DNA of 57,788 nucleotides from positions 1-57,788 of the forward strand of contig JBEEKA010000318.1 of NCBI GenBank assembly GCA_041168985.1, given 5' to 3'. The notes beneath the pieces are model-generated. The model saw only the letters and a list, made by a program, of their open reading frames with translations. It did not search any database and was not told where the DNA came from. Shown piece after piece: positions 8,940 through 18,749 of this stretch. The stretch comes from Pseudomonadota bacterium. Its GTDB lineage: Bacteria > Pseudomonadota > Gammaproteobacteria > Steroidobacterales > Steroidobacteraceae. A program made the translations under genes and the position numbers. Within the stretch, counting starts at the first letter, position 1; each line of letters opens with the position of its first letter.

Positions 8940-9608
8940 CTATCGGTCCGGCAGGACACGGCGCGACGGCTTGAGTCGCGAGAGGTAGTCGGCGACGCCG
9001 GTGAGTTCATCGACACCGTATGGCGAAAGCAGCTGAATGTGCGGCGGCGGCATGTTGGGCCGACGTTCCTCAAGCGTGTCATGCAGCTGGCGCAGCAGAT
9101 AACGGTAATGCTGGCCTGCAAGCCGGGGCACCAGCGTCACGCCATTGCCCTCGCCTTCCGGTCCATGGCAACCAGAGCAGTCGCGGGCATAGGCCTGCGC
9201 GCCCGCCGCAAGTTGCCTGCCGTCGCCCACGCCCGTCGAAGGGCCACGCTGCAGGGTGCTGATGAAGGCCGCGAGATCGGCGAGATCCTGCGGCGGGCCG
9301 AGTCTGTGGCGCGCCGCGACTTCTTCCATCTGCAGGTCCCATCGCTCGGCGTGTCGGTAATCGACCAGCTGCTTGACGATGACGCGCTGGTGCTGCTGGG
9401 CGATGACCGGGATTCCGCCCTCTGCATTGCCGCCGCCACTTCGGCCATGGCAGGCCTTGCAGTCGTCGAACAACCTGCCCCCCCGGGCTGCGTTCCCACG
9501 GGCCTCGAAGGCCGCGCGCAGTTCCTCCCGGGTGGTCATTGGCTCGGCGGCCCAAACCGTCGCCATGCCCAGCATCAGCGATGCAGCGAGAACGCGCTTG
9601 AGTTTCAT
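8940..9608 (-). CDS. Periplasmic dihaem c-type cytochrome (cytochrome c4-like)
   Basis: 222 aa. It has a signal peptide (MKLKRVLAASLMLGMATVWA) and two CxxCH motifs (CKACH, CSGCH). Confidence 0.8.
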   Translation of the reverse strand: MKLKRVLAASLMLGMATVWAAEPMTTREELRAAFEARGNAARGGRLFDDCKACHGRSGGGNAEGGIPVIAQQHQRVIVKQLVDYRHAERWDLQMEEVAARHRLGPPQDLADLAAFISTLQRGPSTGVGDGRQLAAGAQAYARDCSGCHGPEGEGNGVTLVPRLAGQHYRYLLRQLHDTLEERRPNMPPPHIQLLSPYGVDELTGVADYLSRLKPSRRVLPDR

Positions 9609-9657
9609 GGCAGGAACTCCGACGACCGGGACGGGACCCGGAATGATGATACGCGGT

Positions 9658-11790
9658 TCAGTCCCCTGCCCGGATAGGGGCTATACGTAGCCTGATGCGT
9701 GCATCGAGTGCCACGACACCCGTGGGTGTCGCGAGCAGGGGATTGATATCGAGCTCCCGCAACTCGGGTACGGCCCGCGACAGGAGGTCGAGCGAATGAA
9801 GCGCACTTTCCACGCTGCTGCGATCCAGCGCCGGGCGGTTCCTGTATGCCGACAGCAGCTTCGCGATGCGTGTCCGGTCGACAAGCCGCCTGATCTGGCC
9901 ACGGTCGACCGGCAGCAGTTCCAGCGCCTTGTCCGCCTTCAGTTCAACGGCGATTCCGCCCGCACCGAAAAGCAGGACGCGGCCGAAGACGGGATCCGTC
10001 GCAATCCCGAGCAGCAATTCCTCGCCGGCGGCGCGATCGATCATCGGTTGCACCGTGAAGCCTTCCAGGCGAACGTCGGGACGCAAGGACCGGATGCGCT
10101 CGGACATGGCGTTCGCCGCCGTTTCGACGGCCTCGCGACCCTCGAGCCCGAGCGCCACGCCCCCCACGTCTGACTTGTGCGTGATCCCGCGCGAAAGCAC
10201 TTTGAGTGCCACCGGCCCTTCCAGCGCTGCCGCCAGTGCCCCCGCCTCCACCGCATCCCGCGCGACCCCGGTCGACACCACGGGAATGCCACAGGCCGCA
10301 AGCACCTGCTTGGCCTCGACCTCCGACAGCCATTCGCGGGAGTCACGCCGCGCGGCAGCCAGCAACGGATCCAGCACCGTTTTAAGGGCGGACGGCACCT
10401 CGTCCACCGGACGGATGTCCCGCACTTCGTCCCGCAGGGCCCGGTAGCGCGTGATATCAACAAAACCTTCGACGGCTTCCTCGGGCGTCTCGAAAACGGC
10501 AAGGCCGGCAGCGGAACTGATATCAGACGCCGCGCGAACGGCATCACCTCCCATCCAGCAGGTCAGGAGGGGCTTGCCCGAACGCTTGGCCACGGGCAGG
10601 CACGCCGCGATGATTTCCTCGGCCGGCACGATGGCTGTAGGCGCGTGGATCAGCAGCGCGGCGTCGACCTCGTCGTCGGACAGGACGAGACGCAGGGCCT
10701 CCGCATAGCGCGACGGCGGGGCGTCGCCCACGATATCCACCGGATTGCCATGCGACCAGACGGCAGGCAGGGCCGCGTCGAGCGCGGCGATCGTATCGAC
10801 GGACAATTTGGCCAGCTGCCCACCCTGCGCGATGAGTGCGTCGGTCGCGAGGATCGCAGGCCCTCCTCCGTTGGTCACGATCGCAAGGCGCTCCCCGGAC
10901 AAGCCTTCGCATCGGGCGAGGGCTTCGGCGACATCGAACAGTTCGCGCGTTCCCGCCACGCGCAGCACGCCTGCCCGGCGGAAGGCGGCGCCATACACCT
11001 CGTCGGAGCCCGCCAGCGCACCGGTGTGCGACGCGGCCGCCCGGGCACCTTCCGGAGCGCGACCTGACTTCACGACGATGACTGGCTTGACGCGGGAGGC
11101 AGCCTCCGCAGCTGCGAGGAACCGCGGCCCATCGGTGATGGACTCTATGTACAAAAGGATCGCACCCGTGGCCTCGTCCCTGCGAAGGAGGTCCAGCAGC
11201 TCCGGGAATCCGATATCCAGCGCATTGCCGAGCGACAGGCAATGCGAAAAACCGATGCCCTGCGCACTGGCCCAGTCGAGCAGCGCCGTCGTGAGGGCAC
11301 CGGACTGCGCGACCAGCGCGAGCTCGCCTGACGGTCCGAGCCGATGCGCGAAGCTGGCGTTCAGGCCCTGCCCGGGACTGAGCAGGCCCACGCAGTTGGG
11401 ACCCAGCAGTCGCAGCCCGCTCTCGCGGGCCGCAGCCAGCACGGCGGCGTCGATTCGCCTTCCGTCTTCGCCGACGGCGTCGAGTCCCGCAGTGATGATC
11501 ACAGCCGTGCGGCAGCCCTTGCGGCCCAGGGCTTCGACCAGCGCAGGGAGGGTACGGGCAGGGGTGCAGAGCACGGCCAGATCCGGCACGCCTGGCAGGG
11601 CATCTACCGAAGGGAAGGTCGGCCGGCCCGCGACCTCGCGATGCTTCGCGTTGAAGAACCAGACCTCGCCCTTGTAGCGGCCTTCGAGCAGGTTGCGTGC
11701 GACCTTGGCCCCCACACTGCGTTCGCGATCCGACGCGCCGACGAGCACGACCGACCGGGGTGCGAGCAGGGAACCCAGACTATCCGTCAT
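9658..11790 (-). CDS. ADP-forming acyl/acetyl-CoA synthetase (fused alpha-beta; CoA-binding + CoA-ligase + ATP-grasp), no GNAT domain
   Basis: The track ORF extends to 12087 across tRNA-Pro, so I trimmed it to ATG 11790 (MTDSLGSLLAPRSVVLVGAS...). Motifs are GPNCVG, the phosphohistidine motif SHTGALAG, and a C-terminal ATP-grasp region (LKVLS..ITHKSDVGGV). Confidence 0.85.
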   Translation of the reverse strand: MTDSLGSLLAPRSVVLVGASDRERSVGAKVARNLLEGRYKGEVWFFNAKHREVAGRPTFPSVDALPGVPDLAVLCTPARTLPALVEALGRKGCRTAVIITAGLDAVGEDGRRIDAAVLAAARESGLRLLGPNCVGLLSPGQGLNASFAHRLGPSGELALVAQSGALTTALLDWASAQGIGFSHCLSLGNALDIGFPELLDLLRRDEATGAILLYIESITDGPRFLAAAEAASRVKPVIVVKSGRAPEGARAAASHTGALAGSDEVYGAAFRRAGVLRVAGTRELFDVAEALARCEGLSGERLAIVTNGGGPAILATDALIAQGGQLAKLSVDTIAALDAALPAVWSHGNPVDIVGDAPPSRYAEALRLVLSDDEVDAALLIHAPTAIVPAEEIIAACLPVAKRSGKPLLTCWMGGDAVRAASDISSAAGLAVFETPEEAVEGFVDITRYRALRDEVRDIRPVDEVPSALKTVLDPLLAAARRDSREWLSEVEAKQVLAACGIPVVSTGVARDAVEAGALAAALEGPVALKVLSRGITHKSDVGGVALGLEGREAVETAANAMSERIRSLRPDVRLEGFTVQPMIDRAAGEELLLGIATDPVFGRVLLFGAGGIAVELKADKALELLPVDRGQIRRLVDRTRIAKLLSAYRNRPALDRSSVESALHSLDLLSRAVPELRELDINPLLATPTGVVALDARIRLRIAPIRAGD

Positions 11791-11920
11791 GGAACGACCC
11801 GTGATGACTCCGCAACAAGACGCAACGGCGGGTGAATCGCCCCGGAGCGGCGGCGGACCCCGCGAAGCAAACCAGCGCGGAGGCAGGGCACATGCTGGCC
11901 CTCCGGACGGAAATTCATTG

Positions 11921-11997
11921 TGGTCGGGGCAGAGGGATTCGAACCCCCGACCCTCTGCTCCCAAAGCAGATGCGCTACCAGACTGCGCCATGCCCCG
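11921..11997 (-). tRNA. tRNA-Pro (anticodon TGG)
   Basis: Minus strand reads CGGGGCATGGCGCAGTCTGGTAGCGCATCTGCTTTGGGAGCAGAGGGTCGGGGGTTCGAATCCCTCTGCCCCGACCA. Coordinates were cross-checked with the frame of track ORF 11832..12935. Confidence 0.9.
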
Positions 11998-12077
11998 ACA
12001 GGTGCCGCGCGGCGGCGGCGAGCGCAATGCTATCCTGCCCGCCCCTGAAAGGCACCCTGATTCGACGGAGTTTTTCC

Positions 12078-12935
12078 ATGACTGCACGACTGATGGACGG
12101 CAAGGCGATCGCGCAGGCCTTGCGGAACGAAATCAAGACCAAGGTCGACGCGCTGACGGCAGCCGGAAAACGCGTTCCGGGGCTCGCCGTCGTCATCGTG
12201 GGCCAGGATCCGGCCTCGCAGATCTACGTGCGCAACAAGCACCTCGCGACCGAGGCCGCGGGCATGAAATCGATCATGAAGGTCCTGCCTGAAACGGCGA
12301 CGCAACAGGAAGTGCTGGCCGTGGTAGCTGAGCTGAACGCCGACCCGTCGGTCGATGGCATCCTCGTCCAGCTGCCGGTACCGAAGCATATCGACAGCAA
12401 GGCCGTGATCGACGCCATCGCGGTCGAGAAGGACGTCGATGGCTTCAATCCGGAAAACATCGGCCTGCTGGCGCAGCGAACCCCGCGGCTGCGTCCCTGC
12501 ACGCCTTACGGCTGCATGAAGATGCTCGAACACTCCGGTATCGACGTGAAGGGCATGGACGCGGTCGTGCTGGGCCAGTCGAACATCGTCGGTCGCCCCG
12601 CGGCGCTCGAACTGCTGATGAAGGGCGCCACCGTCACGATCTGCCACAGCCAGACGAAGGACCTCGTCGGCCACATCCGGCGTGCGGACGTCATCGTTGC
12701 GGGCATCGGCAAGCCGGAGTTCGTGAAGGGCGAGTGGATCAAGCCAGGCGCGATCGTGATCGATGTGGGCATCAACCGCCTGCCCTCGGGCAAGGTCGTC
12801 GGCGACGTGGAATTCGAGACGGCGAAGGAAGTGGCTTCGTGGATCACGCCTGTCCCGGGTGGCGTCGGCCCGATGACCATCGCGATGCTGATCCAGAACA
12901 CCCTCGAGGCTTACGAGCACCGCGAGGGCAAGTAA
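12078..12935 (+). CDS. folD: Bifunctional methylenetetrahydrofolate dehydrogenase/methenyl-THF cyclohydrolase
   Basis: Trimmed from 11832 (which overlaps tRNA-Pro) to ATG 12078, which has GGAG upstream. The protein reads MTARLMDGKAIAQ...VQLPLP-type motif (LVQLPVPKHID), GRSNIVGRP-like (GQSNIVGRPAA) and PVPGGVGPMT. Confidence 0.95.
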   Translation: MTARLMDGKAIAQALRNEIKTKVDALTAAGKRVPGLAVVIVGQDPASQIYVRNKHLATEAAGMKSIMKVLPETATQQEVLAVVAELNADPSVDGILVQLPVPKHIDSKAVIDAIAVEKDVDGFNPENIGLLAQRTPRLRPCTPYGCMKMLEHSGIDVKGMDAVVLGQSNIVGRPAALELLMKGATVTICHSQTKDLVGHIRRADVIVAGIGKPEFVKGEWIKPGAIVIDVGINRLPSGKVVGDVEFETAKEVASWITPVPGGVGPMTIAMLIQNTLEAYEHREGK

Positions 12936-12963
12936 GCGCCGGACGGTCCGTCGCCGCTGCAGG

Positions 12964-14370
12964 TCAGCGGCGACGCCAGGCGGTGACGCCGCCCGGCTTG
13001 TCCTCGAGGATCACGCCCTGCGCGGCCAGCGCGTCGCGCAGGCGGTCCGATTCGGCGAAATCCTTCGCCTTCCTTGCGGCCAGTCGTGCCGCCACCATCC
13101 CATCGATTTCCGCATCCGTCGGGCCCGACAATTCGCCGGACGCCGCGGAAGGCCGCAGCCGGAACCACTGTTCCGGATCCAGCTGCACGAGACCCAGCGG
13201 TGCGGCAAGGCGGCGGAACTGCGCGGCAAGCCGGGCCGCTTCGCCCTCGCTGCCGGCGGCGCGCAGCGTATTGATCTCGCGCGCCATCGTCTGCAGGACG
13301 GCGATCGCCTCGGGCGTATTGAAGTCATCGTCCATTGCCGCTGCGAACGTCGTCGCCTGCGGAACGTCTCCCTCCGCCGCCACGACCGGCAACCCGCGCA
13401 GCGCGTTATAGAGCCGGCCCAGTGCCGCATCGGCCTGTTCGAGCTGCGGGATCGAATAGTTGATCGGTCCGCGGTAATGGCTGCCCAGCAGAAGATAGCG
13501 CAGCACTTCGGGGTGGCGCAGGCGCGGCTTCACTTCGCGGTAGGTGAAGAAGTTGCCGAGCGACTTCGACATTTTCTCGTCGTCGACATTGACGAAACCG
13601 TTGTGCATCCAGAACCGGGCGAAAGGATGGCCCGTCGCGCCGCATGACTGCGCGATCTCGTTCTCGTGGTGCGGAAACTTGAGGTCCATGCCGCCGGCAT
13701 GGATGTCGAAGGTGTCCCCGAGCAGGGTCGTGGACATCGCGGAGCATTCGATGTGCCAGCCCGGGCGCCCGGCCCCCCAGGGCGAGCCCCAGGAGGGTTC
13801 CCCCGGCTTGACGCGCTTCCACAGGACGAAGTCGAGCGGATCCCGCTTGGACTCGCCGATTTCGATGCGCGCGCCGGCGCGCAGGTCAGCCAGACGCTTG
13901 CCGGACAGCTGGCCGTACTCCGGGAAGCTTGAAACCGAATACAGCACGTCGCCATCCGCGGCGACATAGGCATGCCCGCGCTCGATCAGCCGCCCGATCA
14001 TGGAGAGGATCTGCGGCACGAACTGCGTCGCGCGCGGCTCTTGGTCGGGTCTGCCGCAGGAAAGGCTCGCGGCGTCCTCTTCCATCGCGGCGATGTACCG
14101 CGCGGTCAGCACGTCGATCGGCTCGCCGCGCTCCGCGGCGCGCTTGATGATCTTGTCGTCGATGTCCGTGATGTTGCGGACGAAGTCGACCGCGTAGCCG
14201 GAAGCCTTCAGCCAGCGACGCACCATGTCGAACACCACCATCATGCGCATGTGGCCGATGTGGCAGTAGTCATAGACCGTGATGCCGCAAACGTACATGC
14301 GGACCTTGCCGGCCTCCATGGGGGAGAAGGTCTCGAGCTGGCCGGTCAGGGAATTGTGGATGCGGAGCAT
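12964..14370 (-). CDS. cysS: Cysteine--tRNA ligase
   Basis: 468 aa. It has class I signatures HIGH (CHIGHMR) and KMSKS (KMSKSLGN), with typical CysS sequence throughout. Confidence 0.97.
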   Translation of the reverse strand: MLRIHNSLTGQLETFSPMEAGKVRMYVCGITVYDYCHIGHMRMMVVFDMVRRWLKASGYAVDFVRNITDIDDKIIKRAAERGEPIDVLTARYIAAMEEDAASLSCGRPDQEPRATQFVPQILSMIGRLIERGHAYVAADGDVLYSVSSFPEYGQLSGKRLADLRAGARIEIGESKRDPLDFVLWKRVKPGEPSWGSPWGAGRPGWHIECSAMSTTLLGDTFDIHAGGMDLKFPHHENEIAQSCGATGHPFARFWMHNGFVNVDDEKMSKSLGNFFTYREVKPRLRHPEVLRYLLLGSHYRGPINYSIPQLEQADAALGRLYNALRGLPVVAAEGDVPQATTFAAAMDDDFNTPEAIAVLQTMAREINTLRAAGSEGEAARLAAQFRRLAAPLGLVQLDPEQWFRLRPSAASGELSGPTDAEIDGMVAARLAARKAKDFAESDRLRDALAAQGVILEDKPGGVTAWRRR

Positions 14371-14437
14371 GGGCGCGGAGTTTAAAGGAATCGGGCAAGC
14401 CGCAGGATCGCGACGCCCCTACAATGGTATCCCAACG

Positions 14438-15172
14438 ATGTCCGCCCCCCCTTTCCTCTTCGTTTCGGACCTCCACCTCGACGCCGCGCTGCCGGAGGCC
14501 GTCGCTCAGTTCCTGGCGTTTCTCGAGGACGATGCCGTCCGCGCAGCGGGGCTCTACATCCTCGGGGACCTGTTCGAGGCCTGGGTCGGCGACGACGATC
14601 CCGAGCCCTGCCGGAGCAAGGTCTGCGATGCACTGCGCGACTACACGTCGGCGGGCCATCCCTGCTGGGTCGTGCGCGGCAACCGGGACTTTCTTTTCGG
14701 GTCCGGGTTCGAGGCGCGGACCGGCTGCACGCTGCTGCCGGATCCGGTACGGGTGCGGATCGGCAGTCTCGATGCCTTCGTCAGCCACGGGGACGTGCTC
14801 TGCACCGACGACCACGCGTACCAGGAACTGCGCAGCATCGTTCGCCCTGCCCGCTGGCAGGACCGCTTCATGGCCTTGCCGCTCGATGTTCGCAGGGCTG
14901 TCGCCGACCGGGCCCGGCGCGGCAGCCGTGCCCATACCGGGCGGGTCGCTCATGAGGTCATGGACGTCAACCCCGAAACCGTCGCCACGGCGTTCCGCGC
15001 CAGTGCGACCCGGCTGATGATCCACGGCCACACCCATCGACCCGGCATCCACTCAATCGACGTGGACGGCCGGCACTGCACGCGCATCGTCCTGGGTGAC
15101 TGGTACTCACAGGGCAGCGTGCTGGCCGTTCAGGAAGACGGCGCTTACGAGCTGAAGTCACTGCCGCGCTGA
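14438..15172 (+). CDS. lpxH: UDP-2,3-diacylglucosamine diphosphatase
   Basis: Trimmed to ATG 14438. Motifs are FVSDLHL, GDLFEAWVGDD, GNRDFL, HGDVLCTDD, IHGHTHRP and GDW. Confidence 0.9.
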   Translation: MSAPPFLFVSDLHLDAALPEAVAQFLAFLEDDAVRAAGLYILGDLFEAWVGDDDPEPCRSKVCDALRDYTSAGHPCWVVRGNRDFLFGSGFEARTGCTLLPDPVRVRIGSLDAFVSHGDVLCTDDHAYQELRSIVRPARWQDRFMALPLDVRRAVADRARRGSRAHTGRVAHEVMDVNPETVATAFRASATRLMIHGHTHRPGIHSIDVDGRHCTRIVLGDWYSQGSVLAVQEDGAYELKSLPR

Positions 15173-15206
15173 AACGACAGCAGGTGGCCGCAGGCCGGGT
15201 TGCCGA

Positions 15207-16204
15207 TCAACCCGGGTGATGACAGGCAACCGTCACGCCATCGACCACTCGCGGCCTCGGCCTTGCATCCGTACAGTGGACGTCGGCCCGCGGACACCGC
15301 GCCGCGAAGACACAGCCCGATGAGACGGCGCCTGACGAAACCCGCGGAACCGCCCGGGCCTCTGTAGCGGTGGCCGGGGCGGTCACCGGATGGCCACGTC
15401 GTCGTGCGCGCCGGGGGTCCGCCACGAGCGCGGCCGACAGGAGAAGCTGCGTGTAGGGGTGCCGGGGTCGCGCGAAGATCTCGCTGGTGGGTCCCTGCTC
15501 CATGACCTGCCCCCGGTAAAGCACCAGGATCCGCTCGCACAGGAAGCGCACGGCCGCCAGGTCGTGGGCGATGAACATCAGGGCGAGGTTGCGGCGCGCC
15601 CGCTCGGACGCGAGGAGATCCAGCACCTGTGCGCGGATGGATACGTCCAGCGCCGAAACCGGCTCGTCACAGACCAGCACGGCCGGGTCGGTGATCAGTG
15701 CGCGCGCGATGCCGATGCGCTGCGCCTGCCCGCCGGAGAACTGGTGGGGGTACCGGCCGAGCATTCCTGGCTCAAGTCCAACGGCATGCATCGCGGCCTC
15801 GGCCCGTTCAAGCCGCCCGGCGCGGGACAGACCCGGCTCGAAGACCCTCAGGGGCTGCGCAAGGATCTCCTCGATATGCATGCGCGGATCGAGACAGGCC
15901 AGTGGATCCTGGAACACCAGCTGCAGATCCCGCCGCCGCTGTCGCAGTTCCTCTGCCGACAGGATCGCGAGATCCTCGCCGCGCAACAGGACCTGGCCGG
16001 ATGTCGGGACGATGAGGCGCAGCGCGGCACGGGCGAGCGTGGACTTGCCGCTGCCCGACTCGCCCACCACAGCCAGGGACTCGCCGGCGGCCAGTCCGAA
16101 GCTGGCACCTTCCAGGGCGCGGAAGGATTCGCCGGCGCGCAACAGCCCGCCTGCGCGCCGGTAATCGATGACGAGGTCCCGACCTTCCAGCAGCAGCGGA
16201 CCGC

Positions 16205-16208
<4 letters not shown>
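15207..16208 (-). CDS. Peptide/nickel (Opp/Dpp-type) ABC transporter ATP-binding protein (OppF-like)
   Basis: 333 aa. It has Walker A GESGSGKST, signature FSGGQAQR, Walker B LVCDEP and a C-terminal Cys-containing oligopeptide-ABC tail (CVFAARCP...C). Confidence 0.9.
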
Positions 16209-17000
<792 letters not shown>

Positions 17001-17008
<8 letters not shown>

Positions 17009-17828
17009 GCCCGCTGCCCCGGTCCTGGAGCGAGGCGGGATCGAAGCGGTCGCGCAGCGAATCGCCGATCCGGTTGCAGCAGTAGACGATCACGGCCAGC
17101 AGCACTGCCGGCTGCAGCAGCAGCATGGGGCGGGAGCGCAGCTGTGCGGCGCCTTCGGCGATCATCACGCCCAGCGATGTCAGCGGCGCCTGTGCGCCGA
17201 GCCCGAGGAAACTCAGGAAGGCTTCGATGAGGATCACCGTCGGTATGGTCAGGGTCAGGTAGACCACGACGATACCCAGCAGGTTCGGAATGATGTGGCG
17301 GACGATGATCTGGGCAGAGGTCATGCCCCCGACGCGCGCCGCTTCCACGAATTCGCGTTGTCGAAGCGTCAGCGCCTGGCCCCGGGCGATCCGGGCGATG
17401 TCCAGCCAGGACACGGCGCCGATCGCCACGAACAGCAGCACGATGTTCCGCCCGAAGATGACGGTAAGCACGATGACGAAAGGTATGAACGGGACGGAAT
17501 ACAGCACGTCGACGGCGCGCATCATCCACGCATCGGTTCGACCTCCCGCGTAACCCGCCGTGACGCCCCAGCCCACGCCGATGACGAGGCTGGTGAGGCT
17601 GGCCAGTACGCCGACGAGCAGGGAAATGCGGCATCCCCACATCAGCCGCACGAGCAGGTCACGCCCGAGGTCGTCGGTACCGAACCAATGCCCATCGGCC
17701 CACTGTGGCATGAGGTCCAGCGCGTCCCAGGACGGCGTCGCGTAGTCGTACGGCGACAGCCAGGGCACGACAAGCGCGGCGAGCAGCACCGACCCCAGCA
17801 CGGTGTAACTGGCGATCGGGTGCCTCAC
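17001..17828 (-). CDS. Opp/Dpp-type ABC transporter permease (OppC-like)
   Basis: 275 aa, multi-TM, with an EAA-loop region (EAARVGGMTSAQIIVRHIIPN). GTG start overlaps the upstream permease stop. Confidence 0.9.
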
Positions 17829-18748
17829 TCGAGCCTCACGCGCGGGTCGAGCCAGGCGTAGCAGATATCGGCCACGAGGTTCGCGGCGACGATCAACACG
17901 CCGTACAGGACCGTGACGCCCATGACCAGCGTGTAATCGCGGTTGAATGCGCCATCGACGAAGAACCTGCCGATGCCGGGCAGGCCGAACGTGGTCTCGA
18001 TGACGATGGAGCCGGTGATCACGCCCACCGCTGCCGGACCGAGGAATGAAACCAGCGGCAGCAGCGCCGGCTTTAGCGCATGGCGCAGGATGACCGTGCG
18101 CCAGGGAAGGCCTTTCGCCCGCGCGGTCCGGATATACGGCGCGTGCAGTACATCCGCCAGGCTCGCGCGCAGGATTCGGGCCACGTATGCGATGTAAGGC
18201 AGGGACAACGCCACCACGGGCAGCACGAGGTTCCGCCAGGCGCCCCCACCCCAGTCGCCTGCAGGCAGCCAGCGCAGGCCGACGGCGAACACCAGCACCA
18301 GGACCGGCGCCGTGACATAGACGGGGATGGATATGCCCAGCAGCGAGAAGGCCACGCCGATGCGGTCCCAGACCGTGTCGCGTTTCGCGGCCGCGACGAC
18401 TCCCAGAGGTATGCCCATGAGCAGCGCAAGCAGCAGGGCAAGGCCGCCGATGGTGAGGTCGATAGGCAGGCCCTGCGCGATGAGTTCATTGACGCTGGTG
18501 TCGCGATACTGGAACGAGGGCCCGAAGTCGCCCCGTGCGAGCTGGCCGAGGTAGCGCAGGTACTGCAGCGGCAGTGGCTCCTCGAGATGGTAGGCCGCCT
18601 CGATGCTCGCACGGATCTCCGGCAGCATCGCCTTTTCGCCATCGAAGGGGCCGCCCGGGGCCGCATGCAGCAACAGGAAGCCCAGCGTGACGATCACGAA
18701 CAGGGTCGGTATGGCGGTCAGCAGGCGGCGAAGCAGGAAGGCCCCCAT
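17825..18748 (-). CDS. Opp/Dpp-type ABC transporter permease (OppB-like)
   Basis: 307 aa. The N-terminus is MGAFLLRRLL..IPTLFVIVTL, the EAA region is YIRTARAKGL, and the C-terminal end is typical (DICYAWLDPRV). Confidence 0.9.
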   Translation of the reverse strand: MGAFLLRRLLTAIPTLFVIVTLGFLLLHAAPGGPFDGEKAMLPEIRASIEAAYHLEEPLPLQYLRYLGQLARGDFGPSFQYRDTSVNELIAQGLPIDLTIGGLALLLALLMGIPLGVVAAAKRDTVWDRIGVAFSLLGISIPVYVTAPVLVLVFAVGLRWLPAGDWGGGAWRNLVLPVVALSLPYIAYVARILRASLADVLHAPYIRTARAKGLPWRTVILRHALKPALLPLVSFLGPAAVGVITGSIVIETTFGLPGIGRFFVDGAFNRDYTLVMGVTVLYGVLIVAANLVADICYAWLDPRVRLE

Positions 18749-18749
18749 G

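Noticed and set aside
11791-12087. N-terminal 99-codon extension of the acyl-CoA synthetase ORF, and the 82-codon extension of folD (11832..12077)
   Set aside because: Both extensions read straight through tRNA-Pro on one strand or the other. Internal ATGs (11790; 12078 with GGAG) give N-termini typical of the families.
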